The position numbers were made by a program, and so were the translations under genes. Shown here piece by piece: positions 38,662 through 47,820 of a stretch of DNA of 50,795 nt. The stretch lies in UHGV virus genome UHGV-0203461; one strand, given 5' to 3'. The DNA comes from a virus. Under the pieces are notes generated by a model that saw only the letters and a list, made by a program, of their open reading frames with translations, searched no databases and had not been told where the DNA came from. How positions within the stretch are numbered: the first letter of the stretch is position 1; every line of letters starts with the position of its first letter.

Positions 38662-39735
38662 TTAGCCCATTCTTTTTGCTATTTCATATACAACATTTGC
38701 AGTAACAGCATTTCCTGCTTGCTTGTACAGTTGACTATCTGAGCATACACTTGCTGCTCTTTCGTAATATTTATCCGGAAATCCTTGCAACCTAAAGCAT
38801 TCCTTTGGTGTTAACCTTCTTATATCTCCATTTTTCAAAATTCCATGTTTATCTTGAGCTGTCAATGTGAACATTAGTTCTCCGCTTTCTTTAATTCTAC
38901 GACCATTTTGTCTTTTATTTACCCTATCGGGCGTTAAAACTGCATTAACTAAAACTCCACTATTATCACAATTTCTATTTGTCACACCTGCATTATATTT
39001 TGCTTTAAGGCATCTAGCATTTATTGTTACTTTAGAGTTTTTATTTAAGTCTATAAAGTATAGACCTGTTTTAGCACCTCCACCTCCTGCCTGACTTCTA
39101 ATACATCTAGCAACTCCAACTGCATCATAAATTCTATTTGTACTATGAGTTGGATTATTTAGTTGCTCAAGATTTTTTCCACTTTTTCTTTCGATAGGAA
39201 ATACTTTTCGTGTACTTCGTCCTCTAAAATGTCCAACAATGAATATTCGTTCTCTATTTTGGGGTACTCCGAAGTTTTTAGAATTAAGAACTTGCCACTC
39301 TGCATCATAGCCGATTTCATCCAGTTCAACGAGAACTTTGAGGAAATCAAATCCTCCATTAACACTAAGTAGATTTTTAACGTTTTCAATAAGTAAATAC
39401 TTGGGTCTATCTTCTTCTTTGAGTTCTCTAATAAGTTTTGTAACTGTAAAAAATAAACTTGAACGTTCTCCTCTGAATCCAAATTGTTTCCCTGCAACAG
39501 AAATGTCTTGACATGGGAATCCAAAACACCAGACATCTGCTCTTGGGATATTTTCTGTTCTAATTTCTCTAATATCTCTTTCAAACCATTCATCCTCCTT
39601 CGGTTTGTGCATGGCATTATAACTTAAATTTGCGAATTTATCATATTCGCAATGTCCCAAACATTTATGTCCTGCTTTTTCCATCCCTAGCCTAAAGCCA
39701 CCTATCCCTGCGAATAAATCTAAAAATGTAAGCAA
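38662..39735 (-). CDS. DNA (cytosine-5)-methyltransferase, orphan
   Basis: 357 aa. Motif I FAGIGG, motif IV GFPCQDIS, ENVKNL. No adjacent restriction endonuclease. Confidence 0.9.
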   Translation of the reverse strand: MLTFLDLFAGIGGFRLGMEKAGHKCLGHCEYDKFANLSYNAMHKPKEDEWFERDIREIRTENIPRADVWCFGFPCQDISVAGKQFGFRGERSSLFFTVTKLIRELKEEDRPKYLLIENVKNLLSVNGGFDFLKVLVELDEIGYDAEWQVLNSKNFGVPQNRERIFIVGHFRGRSTRKVFPIERKSGKNLEQLNNPTHSTNRIYDAVGVARCIRSQAGGGGAKTGLYFIDLNKNSKVTINARCLKAKYNAGVTNRNCDNSGVLVNAVLTPDRVNKRQNGRRIKESGELMFTLTAQDKHGILKNGDIRRLTPKECFRLQGFPDKYYERAASVCSDSQLYKQAGNAVTANVVYEIAKRMG

Positions 39736-39830
39736 TACAACGCCTCCTTTATTTCATTTTTGAGAGTCACAAAACACTTCAACAATAATTTATATTAAAA
39801 GACATTTTGCAACTCTCTAAACTGTTTTAA

Positions 39831-40106
39831 TTAGATATTTTCCATATCCATTTCATATTTAGATAAAATCTCTTTAAATGCTTTTGCTAACTCTGTTCTT
39901 ATAAAAATTGAATTTGAATCTTTAGCAGCTATATCAAGTTCTATATTTTTGTAATCCTCTTTGCTAGGAAATTTAAATCCTATTCTTATAGGGCAATCTA
40001 TATCCTCAAGATTTTCTATAACTCTCCCTGCAAACTCTGCACTACCTTGTAAATCCTCATAACTTTCTACTCTATTTTTTAAATCTTCATATTCTTTATA
40101 TTCCAT
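39831..40106 (-). CDS. hypothetical protein
   Basis: 91 aa. Confidence 0.3.
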   Translation of the reverse strand: MEYKEYEDLKNRVESYEDLQGSAEFAGRVIENLEDIDCPIRIGFKFPSKEDYKNIELDIAAKDSNSIFIRTELAKAFKEILSKYEMDMENI

Positions 40107-40418
40107 AATCTATTCCTCCTCTAAACTGTTTTAATTAGATATTTTATCATTTCAAAATTAGTCATTTTTAGCACCCTCTTCATTTCTCAATAATTCATGA
40201 GCTTTTTCTTCATCATAACTGCAAATATTTCTACCATCACAATAATGACAAAGCAATCTAGTATTTTTAGTAATGATAGGAAACATTTTTTTGCAAATCT
40301 CCAATCTATCATCCATTCTTATACCCCCCTTTTGTTATCACAATTTTCACACTCTTTTAGATTCAATCTATACTCATAAACTCTACCAGCTATAAAACTA
40401 ATTCCTATCAGTAGCACA

Positions 40419-40868
40419 CTAGCCAAGATGTTCATTTTCCAACATCTCCTTACGTTCTAAGAACTCTTTTTTAATTTCTTCCAAATTCTCGCATTCATTA
40501 CCAACTACTACATATTTTTTGCTATTCATTATAGTTGCTTTACTTGTAATTTCCTCCCATTTACCTTCAAATTGCTTTAAATAATGCCATTCAACATATA
40601 ATTCAAGAGCATAATTTTCTTGTCTTACAATTCCATATTCATATTTATTTTTAGTATTATAGGGTTCTTTCAATATATCTCCCTCATAAATTTCTTCATT
40701 ATTTCCAGACCAACATTTAGAGAATACTCCAACATTAGATACTTTTTGCCATTCGCAATTCTCTTTTAGCATAAATAAACAATCTACTGCATCACTCCAC
40801 TTTATTGTTTCAGAATAAATCCACTTCTCATTCTCAAAATCATAACCTCTGTACTTAATTAAACTCAT
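40419..40868 (-). CDS. YopX-like protein (paralog 2)
   Basis: 149 aa. IYEGDIL...VVGNECENLE resembles the YopX IYEGDIV...VIGNIYENPE pattern. Confidence 0.4.
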   Translation of the reverse strand: MSLIKYRGYDFENEKWIYSETIKWSDAVDCLFMLKENCEWQKVSNVGVFSKCWSGNNEEIYEGDILKEPYNTKNKYEYGIVRQENYALELYVEWHYLKQFEGKWEEITSKATIMNSKKYVVVGNECENLEEIKKEFLERKEMLENEHLG

Positions 40869-41040
40869 TTCTAATCATTCCCTCGCACTCATATTTACTT
40901 AATATTTTTATAGCTATATCAATAGCTTTATTAACAGAACACTTTTTCTTATTTAATATCTTTTCAGCTAACTTAATTACTTGTTCCACATTTGCTAATA
41001 CCATCTGCCACCTCTTGAATATATCTAACTTTCCAGCCAT
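40855..41040 (-). CDS. hypothetical protein
   Basis: 61 aa. Confidence 0.25.
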   Translation of the reverse strand: MAGKLDIFKRWQMVLANVEQVIKLAEKILNKKKCSVNKAIDIAIKILSKYECEGMIRNEFN

Positions 41041-41200
41041 TTTTAGTAGTCTTTCCTGTTCTTGCTAAATGAGCAATATAAACATCTGTAAAATATACGT
41101 ATTTACTTGCTTCAACAGCAGTATTAAATACTTTAGTTTCTCCAGTCACAATATTAAAACACTCTACTTTTTTTACCTTTTCTTCCTTGCCCCTCATCAT
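40973..41200 (-). CDS. hypothetical protein
   Basis: 75 aa. Confidence 0.25.
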   Translation of the reverse strand: MMRGKEEKVKKVECFNIVTGETKVFNTAVEASKYVYFTDVYIAHLARTGKTTKNGWKVRYIQEVADGISKCGTSN

Positions 41201-41345
41201 TTACACGCAAATCAATTACATTTGCTTTTTTATTTCTATCTCTTACTTTTCTTAGATTAAATTCAAACATATCTTCTATATCCTTAGTTCTTTCTAAAAA
41301 TGTTCCAGCATCTACCCAAACTTTAGCCATATTTAGTTCCCCCTT

Positions 41346-41597
41346 TTATTCAACTGGCATTTCAAATACTTTCTCTTGATTATGTCTAACTCTACAAGAA
41401 TCTATATAATCTGTTCTTACTCCATTTTCAATAAACTTCTGTATATCATTTAACACTTGCATAGCTCTTTCATTACTTTCATATACACCTATTCGTTTGA
41501 CATCATCTTCAAATATTACAAATACTTGTTTATCGTATATTTCAACTCTATTAACTCTCATTAAATCTAATCTATCTTGACTTCTAATTATTATCAT
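41346..41597 (-). CDS. hypothetical protein
   Basis: 83 aa. Confidence 0.3.
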   Translation of the reverse strand: MIIIRSQDRLDLMRVNRVEIYDKQVFVIFEDDVKRIGVYESNERAMQVLNDIQKFIENGVRTDYIDSCRVRHNQEKVFEMPVE

Positions 41598-41599
41598 TT

Positions 41600-41998
41600 C
41601 TAATCCTCCAATACTTTAGGCTTTCTTATCTTTTCTAACATCTCAGGATTTTCGTATATATTGCCAATAACTTTAACCACTGCAATTTCATGAAATAACC
41701 CAACGTTTTCTCCTAGCATTTCATTATCTATTACAAAGAAACCTTCTTCAAACTTTACCTCTCCTATAAATTCTTCAAATGATAAGATGTATGAAACAAT
41801 ATCACCCTCATAGATTTCTTTTCTAATACAATCCTTCAAACCTGTGTATATCATAACCTCAAAATTTTCATTGCTTGTTGGTAAATAAACACCACTATAA
41901 ACCCACTCTCTAAGCAAATTTTTAGAATAGCACATCATTTCATCATAACTATACATTTCTTTGCCATTTTTATTCCATTCTCTAAATTTTAACTCCAT
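41600..41998 (-). CDS. YopX-family protein
   Basis: 132 aa. MELKFREWNK...IYEGDIV...VIGNIYENPEMLE. Confidence 0.65.
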   Translation of the reverse strand: MELKFREWNKNGKEMYSYDEMMCYSKNLLREWVYSGVYLPTSNENFEVMIYTGLKDCIRKEIYEGDIVSYILSFEEFIGEVKFEEGFFVIDNEMLGENVGLFHEIAVVKVIGNIYENPEMLEKIRKPKVLED

Positions 41999-42072
41999 CT
42001 TTTATCCCTCCAATATTTTTTAACTTCTAGGAAGTTAATAGTTATATTAACTCCCTAATAATTTTTGTATTT

Positions 42073-42342
42073 TTAATCACAGAAAGTTCTACTGCAATGT
42101 GGGCATCCAGTTATAAGTTCTTTACCAGCTATATTAGCATATCCTTTTGAGATTCTAGCTTCTTTAAAAAACCTTATCTCATAGTTTTGATAAATATTTC
42201 TTCCACATCTACAGCAAATCCCATCCTTTGGCGCAAAATGAGGGTAATCTTTTTTCTTTGCAAATCCTTTTTGTAACTTTATACATTTTGCTATTTCTTT
42301 ATCCGTTATTTTTACTAATTCATTCATATTATTTACCTCCAA
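42073..42342 (-). CDS. zinc-ribbon hypothetical protein
   Basis: 89 aa. CCRCG...CPHC. Confidence 0.3.
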   Translation of the reverse strand: MEVNNMNELVKITDKEIAKCIKLQKGFAKKKDYPHFAPKDGICCRCGRNIYQNYEIRFFKEARISKGYANIAGKELITGCPHCSRTFCD

Positions 42343-42397
42343 TATTTTTTAACTTCTAGGAAGTAATATTGTATAATTACTCCCTAGAATACTTAAC

Positions 42398-43219
42398 TTA
42401 ACCGAATTTACTTTCTTCAAGTTGACCTCTATTAGCCATGTTTTTTAATTCTTCATCTGTATATTGTCCAAATGTCTCGTTAAAATTATGAAACTTAGTC
42501 TTATTTTTTCTACTTGGTATAGGTTTATAATTCTTTTCTAACGCCGTAATTAAATAGCCTGTAACACTTTTTACACTCTCCGTATTTTTGACCAACCTCA
42601 ATTTTTCCTCTAAATAGTCAATCCCCTTATTTGTATGTATGAATACATCAACAATTTTTTCAATGTCTTTAGATTCTAAATCAAAGTATTTTTTAATTTT
42701 ATCCACAACCACCGTAACCTTTTTGTTGTTATTGTTATTGTTATTGTTATTGTTATTCCCCTCGTCACGAGTTTCGTTACGTACACCGTTACGGAGTTCA
42801 TCAAAATATTCTTCAAATATCTGTTTGAATTTCTTATTTTCTATATGTTCATAAATTAGCATTAGTAATGACTTGTCTTTAATCTCTCTTAATTCTTTTC
42901 TAACACAATTCTCCATTGGTGTTCCTGCTCTATTGAGATTATATTTAGCCCAATTCTTGATTGCTATTTCTCTAGTTTCAGAATTATAGCTTATAAGTTG
43001 ATGGTGATTAATAAATCTGTCCATAACTGCATTTGTAGATTCTAAAGTCCAACCTATTTCAAAAGCTATTTGTTTTTTAGTTATTGTATATATTCCAATT
43101 TGAGTAGTATGAGGGTTAGTTAGTAAGTATATATAAAATAGTTTATCCTCTACTGAAAATTCTTCTTGTATCTTTGGGTCAGTCCAAAAATTTGTATATA
43201 TCTGTCTGAAAATTGGCAC
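42398..43219 (-). CDS. phage replisome organizer / replication initiator (N-terminal Phage_rep_org_N-like) with an internal poly-Asn linker
   Basis: 273 aa. N-terminus FRQIYTNFWTDPKIQEEFSVEDKLFYIYLLTNP. Confidence 0.55.
   Translation of the reverse strand: MPIFRQIYTNFWTDPKIQEEFSVEDKLFYIYLLTNPHTTQIGIYTITKKQIAFEIGWTLESTNAVMDRFINHHQLISYNSETREIAIKNWAKYNLNRAGTPMENCVRKELREIKDKSLLMLIYEHIENKKFKQIFEEYFDELRNGVRNETRDEGNNNNNNNNNNNKKVTVVVDKIKKYFDLESKDIEKIVDVFIHTNKGIDYLEEKLRLVKNTESVKSVTGYLITALEKNYKPIPSRKNKTKFHNFNETFGQYTDEELKNMANRGQLEESKFG
42725..42757. repeat. (GTT/ATT)n trinucleotide microsatellite encoding a 13-Asn run
   Basis: gttgttattgttattgttattgttattgttatt on the + strand. Lies within the replisome organizer CDS. 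Confidence 0.8.
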
Positions 43220-43231
43220 TCTATCACCTAC

Positions 43232-44134
43232 TTATTCAAAATTCATATTATCTTCCATACTTATTTGGCAATCTATATTTTCAGCTTCTTCTCTTACTTC
43301 AACTTCATCCTCTTTCACCTCTTCAAACTCAGCATCTATAAAATCATCTTTCGGTTCATACTCACTTAGTAATTCAATTAATTCATCTACTTCCTCAAAT
43401 TTTAGTTCTTTTAAATCAAATCCATTACTTTCACAAAATTCCTCTAGCTTTGACGTATCTTTTTTATTCTCATAATCATACAAACCTTTCATTGATGCTA
43501 ATTTAAGTATCCTTTGTTTTTGTGATGGACTTGCCTTACCTATTTCAATAGGCTTTTGAGGTAATTTATCGGGTACAGTCTTTATTTCTGCACTATCATA
43601 TAATCCTTGTAAATCTTCTGGGAATGCTTCTCTTAAAGCTGTAACAATAGCACATTTTCTTATCATTACACAAGGCATTTGCTTCCAAGTAGCTTGACTC
43701 TTTGAATACTCTTCTAAAGACACTACAGACTTTATAGGAAACTTCATTCCTCTAACTGATACTTCACACCATCCACCGATTAATTCTTCTTGTGGTAGCT
43801 TTAAACTACCCTCCCTTTCAAATATTTCTCCATTTTTATTTACAGTTACTATTCCTGCTTTCATACCCTCAAAGTTAGGATTTTTATTTGCTCTTTTTAC
43901 AAATACATCTTTACCAACTACTATATTTGCTGGTGAATTACCAAACTTTATTAAATATGCTTCTTTTATAAATGGATTTAATTTTTGAGCCTTACATAAT
44001 TCTATAAACATTAGCACTTCTTGGTCTGTTACATTTCCATTTCCACTTACTAAGTAATTCTTTACTGTCATGTAATCAAGTATTTGACCTGATTCTAAGG
44101 TGCATGTTGCTAATTCTAAAGCCTTGTTATTCAT
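43232..44134 (-). CDS. RecT-family single-strand annealing recombinase (putative)
   Basis: 300 aa. ...KQMPCVMIRKCAIVTALREAFPEDLQGLYDSAE. Confidence 0.5.
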   Translation of the reverse strand: MNNKALELATCTLESGQILDYMTVKNYLVSGNGNVTDQEVLMFIELCKAQKLNPFIKEAYLIKFGNSPANIVVGKDVFVKRANKNPNFEGMKAGIVTVNKNGEIFEREGSLKLPQEELIGGWCEVSVRGMKFPIKSVVSLEEYSKSQATWKQMPCVMIRKCAIVTALREAFPEDLQGLYDSAEIKTVPDKLPQKPIEIGKASPSQKQRILKLASMKGLYDYENKKDTSKLEEFCESNGFDLKELKFEEVDELIELLSEYEPKDDFIDAEFEEVKEDEVEVREEAENIDCQISMEDNMNFE

Positions 44135-44135
44135 A

Positions 44136-44651
44136 TTAATTCACCTCTTTTTTAGCTTTTGGAATTGTTAGTGTAGTTCCATATTCAATCCTGCAACCTT
44201 CAACCTCATGACCTTTTTTAATAAAGTCTTTAATGGTATTCTTATCTACTTTTACAACTTGCTCTACTGTTTTGTATATAGCAGGTATCTTTTCTTCATC
44301 TTCTATGACTAAGCTACCTGCTGACTTTCTTATACTTATATTTCCTAAAACTGTTTCTACTTTTTTAGTACCAAGTAATTCCATACAGTCTTTTATATTG
44401 CTTTTTAATCTATCAAGAGTATTCTTTTTGACCCTTTTTAACTCTTGCAATCTTTTAATCTCTGAATCTATAGAGTTTATATCACTGTCAATGTTTAATA
44501 TTACTGAAACTATCCTAGTGTTTTTATTTTGTATCTCTTGTTTTATTATTTCTTTTATTTCCTCTAGTTTTTCAGCTTCATTTCCTGTTGTTTCTGTTAA
44601 ACCTTCTTCTATTTCTAATAAATCTGTAGTTAATTCATATAAAGTACTCAT
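44136..44651 (-). CDS. siphovirus Gp157-like protein
   Basis: 171 aa. MSTLYELTTDLLEIEE... coiled-coil. Adjacent to the recombinase gene. Confidence 0.4.
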   Translation of the reverse strand: MSTLYELTTDLLEIEEGLTETTGNEAEKLEEIKEIIKQEIQNKNTRIVSVILNIDSDINSIDSEIKRLQELKRVKKNTLDRLKSNIKDCMELLGTKKVETVLGNISIRKSAGSLVIEDEEKIPAIYKTVEQVVKVDKNTIKDFIKKGHEVEGCRIEYGTTLTIPKAKKEVN

Positions 44652-44733
44652 AATTTCCCTCCGTTTATGCTATAATTAGCTTAATTAAATTTTTTAATAT
44701 TTATTTGAATTGAGCCATTGCTGTGGCTCTTTT

Positions 44734-44979
44734 CTACATTATTTGAACTGTTATGGGTCTATCTGTTTCAAATTCTTCTCTCATTAGCAGTTCTTCTGCT
44801 TCTTCTGTATCTCTTTCTATCCTTTTGTACTCTGCATATGCTTCATGCTTAATTCTGTCTTGTTCATCTGTTGTAAGACTTCTATCTGCCCATGCTCTTT
44901 GTACTATATCTAAATATATTAAGTATTGTGCTTTTCTGTATTTTTCTATATCTTTGATTAATTCTTGTCTACTCTTCAT
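44734..44979 (-). CDS. hypothetical protein
   Basis: 81 aa. Confidence 0.3.
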   Translation of the reverse strand: MKSRQELIKDIEKYRKAQYLIYLDIVQRAWADRSLTTDEQDRIKHEAYAEYKRIERDTEEAEELLMREEFETDRPITVQIM

Positions 44980-45157
44980 TTTCTAATCCCCCTATTGATT
45001 CAATTTCTGAATTTAACATAAGCAAAATATCCTCATATGCTCCTAATTCTTTTTCATCTGCTATACACTTATATCCAATTGTTTTTTTAAATTCTATCCT
45101 CTCACTTAGAGCCTGTATTTTGTATTCTAAAAATCTTTTGGTTACTTCCATATTCAA
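44969..45157 (-). CDS. hypothetical protein
   Basis: 62 aa. Confidence 0.25.
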   Translation of the reverse strand: MNMEVTKRFLEYKIQALSERIEFKKTIGYKCIADEKELGAYEDILLMLNSEIESIGGLENEE

Positions 45158-45283
45158 TCCCCCTTAAAGTTCAAGTCCTCTTTGCTTACATTCTTCCATA
45201 TAAGTTACACACTCTATGTAAAACTTTGGTGTAGGTACTTTCTTATGTCTTATACAAAATCTTAGAAACCATCTTAGATTCAA

Positions 45284-45613
45284 CTAAATCACCCCCTTTC
45301 TCTTTTTCATTACATCTCTATCTTTTAGTGCATTTTTCATTACATATTCTTCAAAAGAGATTAAATCTATCCTATATGAATTACCTATAGGAATTACAGT
45401 ATAATGGTTTTGTGCCATTGCTTCCCTTATCATGTTTCTCGCAGTTGCATCTGACACTTTTAAGTACTCACGAAATTCTTTTACTGTAACTAAATCCATC
45501 CTCTTTATTTTTTCTCTATCTAAAAACATCTTGATGATGTCTGTTGTATCATCTCTTTGCATTAATTCTTGTACTAAGTCTTTTGTGTCTATGAATTGTA
45601 ATGCTACACTCAC
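45284..45613 (-). CDS. HTH DNA-binding protein, excisionase/MerR-like (tentative)
   Basis: 109 aa. VTVKEFREYLKVSDATARNMIREA. Confidence 0.35.
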   Translation of the reverse strand: MSVALQFIDTKDLVQELMQRDDTTDIIKMFLDREKIKRMDLVTVKEFREYLKVSDATARNMIREAMAQNHYTVIPIGNSYRIDLISFEEYVMKNALKDRDVMKKRKGVI

Positions 45614-45629
45614 TTTTATCTCACCCTTT

Positions 45630-45827
45630 CTATCTTCCAGCTAGTTTATCTAATGTAACGTCTAAATAGTCAGCTATTTTTATTAATGTATCTATAGTTG
45701 GATTTTTATTTTCTCCTCTTAAAATCGCATATAAATTCCCTGAATCTACGCCTATTTCTTTTGCTAATTTCCATGCTTTTAAATCTCTATCTTTTAAAAT
45801 TTTATTTATGTTGTCATTAATTGCCAT
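45630..45827 (-). CDS. XRE-family HTH regulator
   Basis: 65 aa. LKAWKLAKEIGVDSGNLYAILRGENKNPTIDTLIKIADYLDVTLDKL. Confidence 0.7.
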   Translation of the reverse strand: MAINDNINKILKDRDLKAWKLAKEIGVDSGNLYAILRGENKNPTIDTLIKIADYLDVTLDKLAGR

Positions 45828-46264
45828 TATTTTCCTCCTTTGATATACTATATTTGTAGGATATATCCTATATCTTTTTATGAAAGTTGGTGATATTATG
45901 CAGTTCAGTAAAGATATATTACATACTCTTACTTTAGAAATTCTTAAGGAAAAATATGATTTTAAAAGTTCTTCTGAAGAAGAACTTTTAAAACATTACC
46001 ATGAAATCTTTTTGAAACTTTCAGAAGTCAATAATAGTTTTTCTAAAGGTGATGGTCTCAGTGTCTTTAAACAAATGTAGGTACTAAATTATATTTAAGA
46101 GCTTCTTTGCAAAAATCTAAAATATCTTTTGAGGAAAGGATACTTTGTTCATTTTCATTCAATGTATTAAGTATCCTTTTAGCTATTTGTAACTCTTCTT
46201 TTGATAATATTAATTCCGTTTCATTATTTACATTGTTCACTACACTTTCAAATGAAATTTTCAT

Positions 46265-46459
46265 TTAATTACACACTCCTTTAATTTCGGTATTTTCTGA
46301 ATCACTTTGTTGCTCCAGTTTTTCATACTCAACTTCTTTTGTACATATGCAACATATTTTAGGCTTCAATCCTTTTTTAACTTCTACCTCATTATCAAAC
46401 CCACAATATGGACACTTGCAAAAATATTTTACTCTTGAATCGCTTGTATTATTTTTCAT
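46265..46459 (-). CDS. zinc-ribbon small protein
   Basis: 64 aa. CKCPYCG...CCIC. RBS AGGAGG. Confidence 0.35.
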   Translation of the reverse strand: MKNNTSDSRVKYFCKCPYCGFDNEVEVKKGLKPKICCICTKEVEYEKLEQQSDSENTEIKGVCN

Positions 46460-46517
46460 GTATTTAACCTCCTAGTTAATAATTAATTAAAACAATATAT
46501 TTCAAAATATTCTGTAT

Positions 46518-47156
46518 TTAGTTCTCAAAATAACTCAACTGCTTGTATGGTCTTTCTGACTTTATAACCTTTATACAATCATCTATAATTTGTATTAAAT
46601 TATTAGATGTGTCAAAGTCTATATCTTCCCATTTCTCCACTCCGAGAATTAGGAATAGCCTTGCTTTCACTTGGTTGTATTCTTTATTAGCTTTGTCTAT
46701 ATCCAGTCTATTCTTTATGTATTTAGAATACTGTTGTTTCTTAGAGCATGTTATCTTACACAACTTTTTATATTCTTTTATTGTTCCTTTTAAATCTCCT
46801 ATAGTTCCTGTAAGTTCTGTTATTACATTTTGTTGTGCTTGATATTGACCAGTTTGTCGAATAGTTGGAAGCACTTCATCAAATACCCAACTCTCAAACT
46901 TTTCTGCGTTTGGAAGATTTGAACCTACTATTAATCTGTAAACATCACCCTCAGTTATCAAAGCAATCTTAATACCATTAATTTTAAACCCCTCGTGTTT
47001 CACTACCCCTTTGCAATGTCTTAAAATTGCATCATTGGTATTTTTATAACCTAATGACTTTGCAATATCTTTTCCTACAAAGTAAGGCTTATTATCAATC
47101 TCTGCCATTCTTATTTGTCCAAACTCCATCTTTTCAAATATTTGTAAGTTATTCAT
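46518..47156 (-). CDS. Bro-N-domain antirepressor (start revised to the second ATG, MNNLQIFEKM...)
   Basis: RBS AGGAGG 8 nt upstream of the internal ATG at 47156. Bro-N N-terminus. C-terminal domain shared with 34754-35494. Start overlaps the RHH gene stop. Confidence 0.65.
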   Translation of the reverse strand: MNNLQIFEKMEFGQIRMAEIDNKPYFVGKDIAKSLGYKNTNDAILRHCKGVVKHEGFKINGIKIALITEGDVYRLIVGSNLPNAEKFESWVFDEVLPTIRQTGQYQAQQNVITELTGTIGDLKGTIKEYKKLCKITCSKKQQYSKYIKNRLDIDKANKEYNQVKARLFLILGVEKWEDIDFDTSNNLIQIIDDCIKVIKSERPYKQLSYFEN

Positions 47157-47325
47157 ACTTATCAACCTCCTGTTCATCTTTTAAGTCCTGTAAATCCTCA
47201 AATTCTTTCCATAAGATATTTATTATAAAAGCATTTTTACTTAATCCTTTTCTTTGAGATTGTCTATGTAGCTCTTCATTTAATTCGTCTGGCATTCTAA
47301 CAGTTACTCTCTTCTTTGCCGTCAC
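47149..47325 (-). CDS. ribbon-helix-helix protein, 58 aa (VTAKKRVTVRMPDELNEELHRQSQRKGLSKNAFIINILWKEF...)
   Basis: Absent from the ORF track. GTG start with RBS GGAGGTGG 7 nt upstream. Translationally coupled to the downstream antirepressor. Confidence 0.5.
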   Translation of the reverse strand: MTAKKRVTVRMPDELNEELHRQSQRKGLSKNAFIINILWKEFEDLQDLKDEQEVDKYE

Positions 47326-47342
47326 TTTTGAACCACCTCCTT

Positions 47343-47410
47343 GTTTATTATATTATCATTGCGTCACCTTTGCGTCAACACTTTTTTTGAAATAATTTAC
47401 GTGGTATAAT
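47343..47410. promoter_or_regulatory. divergent promoter region: + strand TTGAAA-N17-TGgTATAAT, - strand TTGACG-N17-TAATAT, with TTGCGTCA direct repeats
   Basis: Direct repeats at 47359-47366 and 47370-47377, spaced 11 bp, overlap the - strand -35 box. Lies between two divergent RHH genes. Confidence 0.5.
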
Positions 47411-47447
47411 AGTGACATCATTTAGACTTAAGGAGGGTGCTATATTT

Positions 47448-47615
47448 ATGCCATCAAAATTACCGAGATACACACTTAGAATAGATAACAATCTACTTGA
47501 AAAAATCAAGTATATAGCTGAAAGTGAAGGTCGTTCTGCCAACAAAGAAATAGAACAATTAATTAAAAAACATGTTGAAAGTTATGAAAAAATAAATGGC
47601 AAAATTAATGTTTAA
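47448..47615 (+). CDS. Arc/CopG-type ribbon-helix-helix protein (55 aa from the ATG at 47448)
   Basis: RBS AGGAGGG 10 nt upstream. YTLRIDNNLLEKIKYIAESEGRSANKEIEQLI. Confidence 0.5.
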   Translation: MPSKLPRYTLRIDNNLLEKIKYIAESEGRSANKEIEQLIKKHVESYEKINGKINV

Positions 47616-47626
47616 GTTAATAAAAA

Positions 47627-47764
47627 TTAAATATTTTTTAAATTCTTGCTAATCACTAATAGTATGTACTCATTTACTGACATACCTTTTTGATTAGCTT
47701 TTTCTTTGCATTTATTATATAATTCTTCTGTAATACTCAAAGTATATTTCTTTTTATTACTCAT
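47627..47764 (-). CDS. ribbon-helix-helix protein, 45 aa (MSNKKKYTLSITEELYNKCKEKANQKGMSVNEYILLVISKNLKNI)
   Basis: Absent from the ORF track. RBS AAGGAAGTGA. Immediately downstream of repeated element B. Confidence 0.4.
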   Translation of the reverse strand: MSNKKKYTLSITEELYNKCKEKANQKGMSVNEYILLVISKNLKNI

Positions 47765-47820
47765 GTAATCACTTCCTTTTCAAAATATTCTGTATTTAGT
47801 TTTCAAAGTGCTATTAATCT

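Noticed and set aside
42722-42760. Possible CRISPR or other interspaced repeat
   Set aside because: It is a simple in-frame trinucleotide microsatellite within a CDS. No repeat-spacer architecture occurs anywhere in the window.
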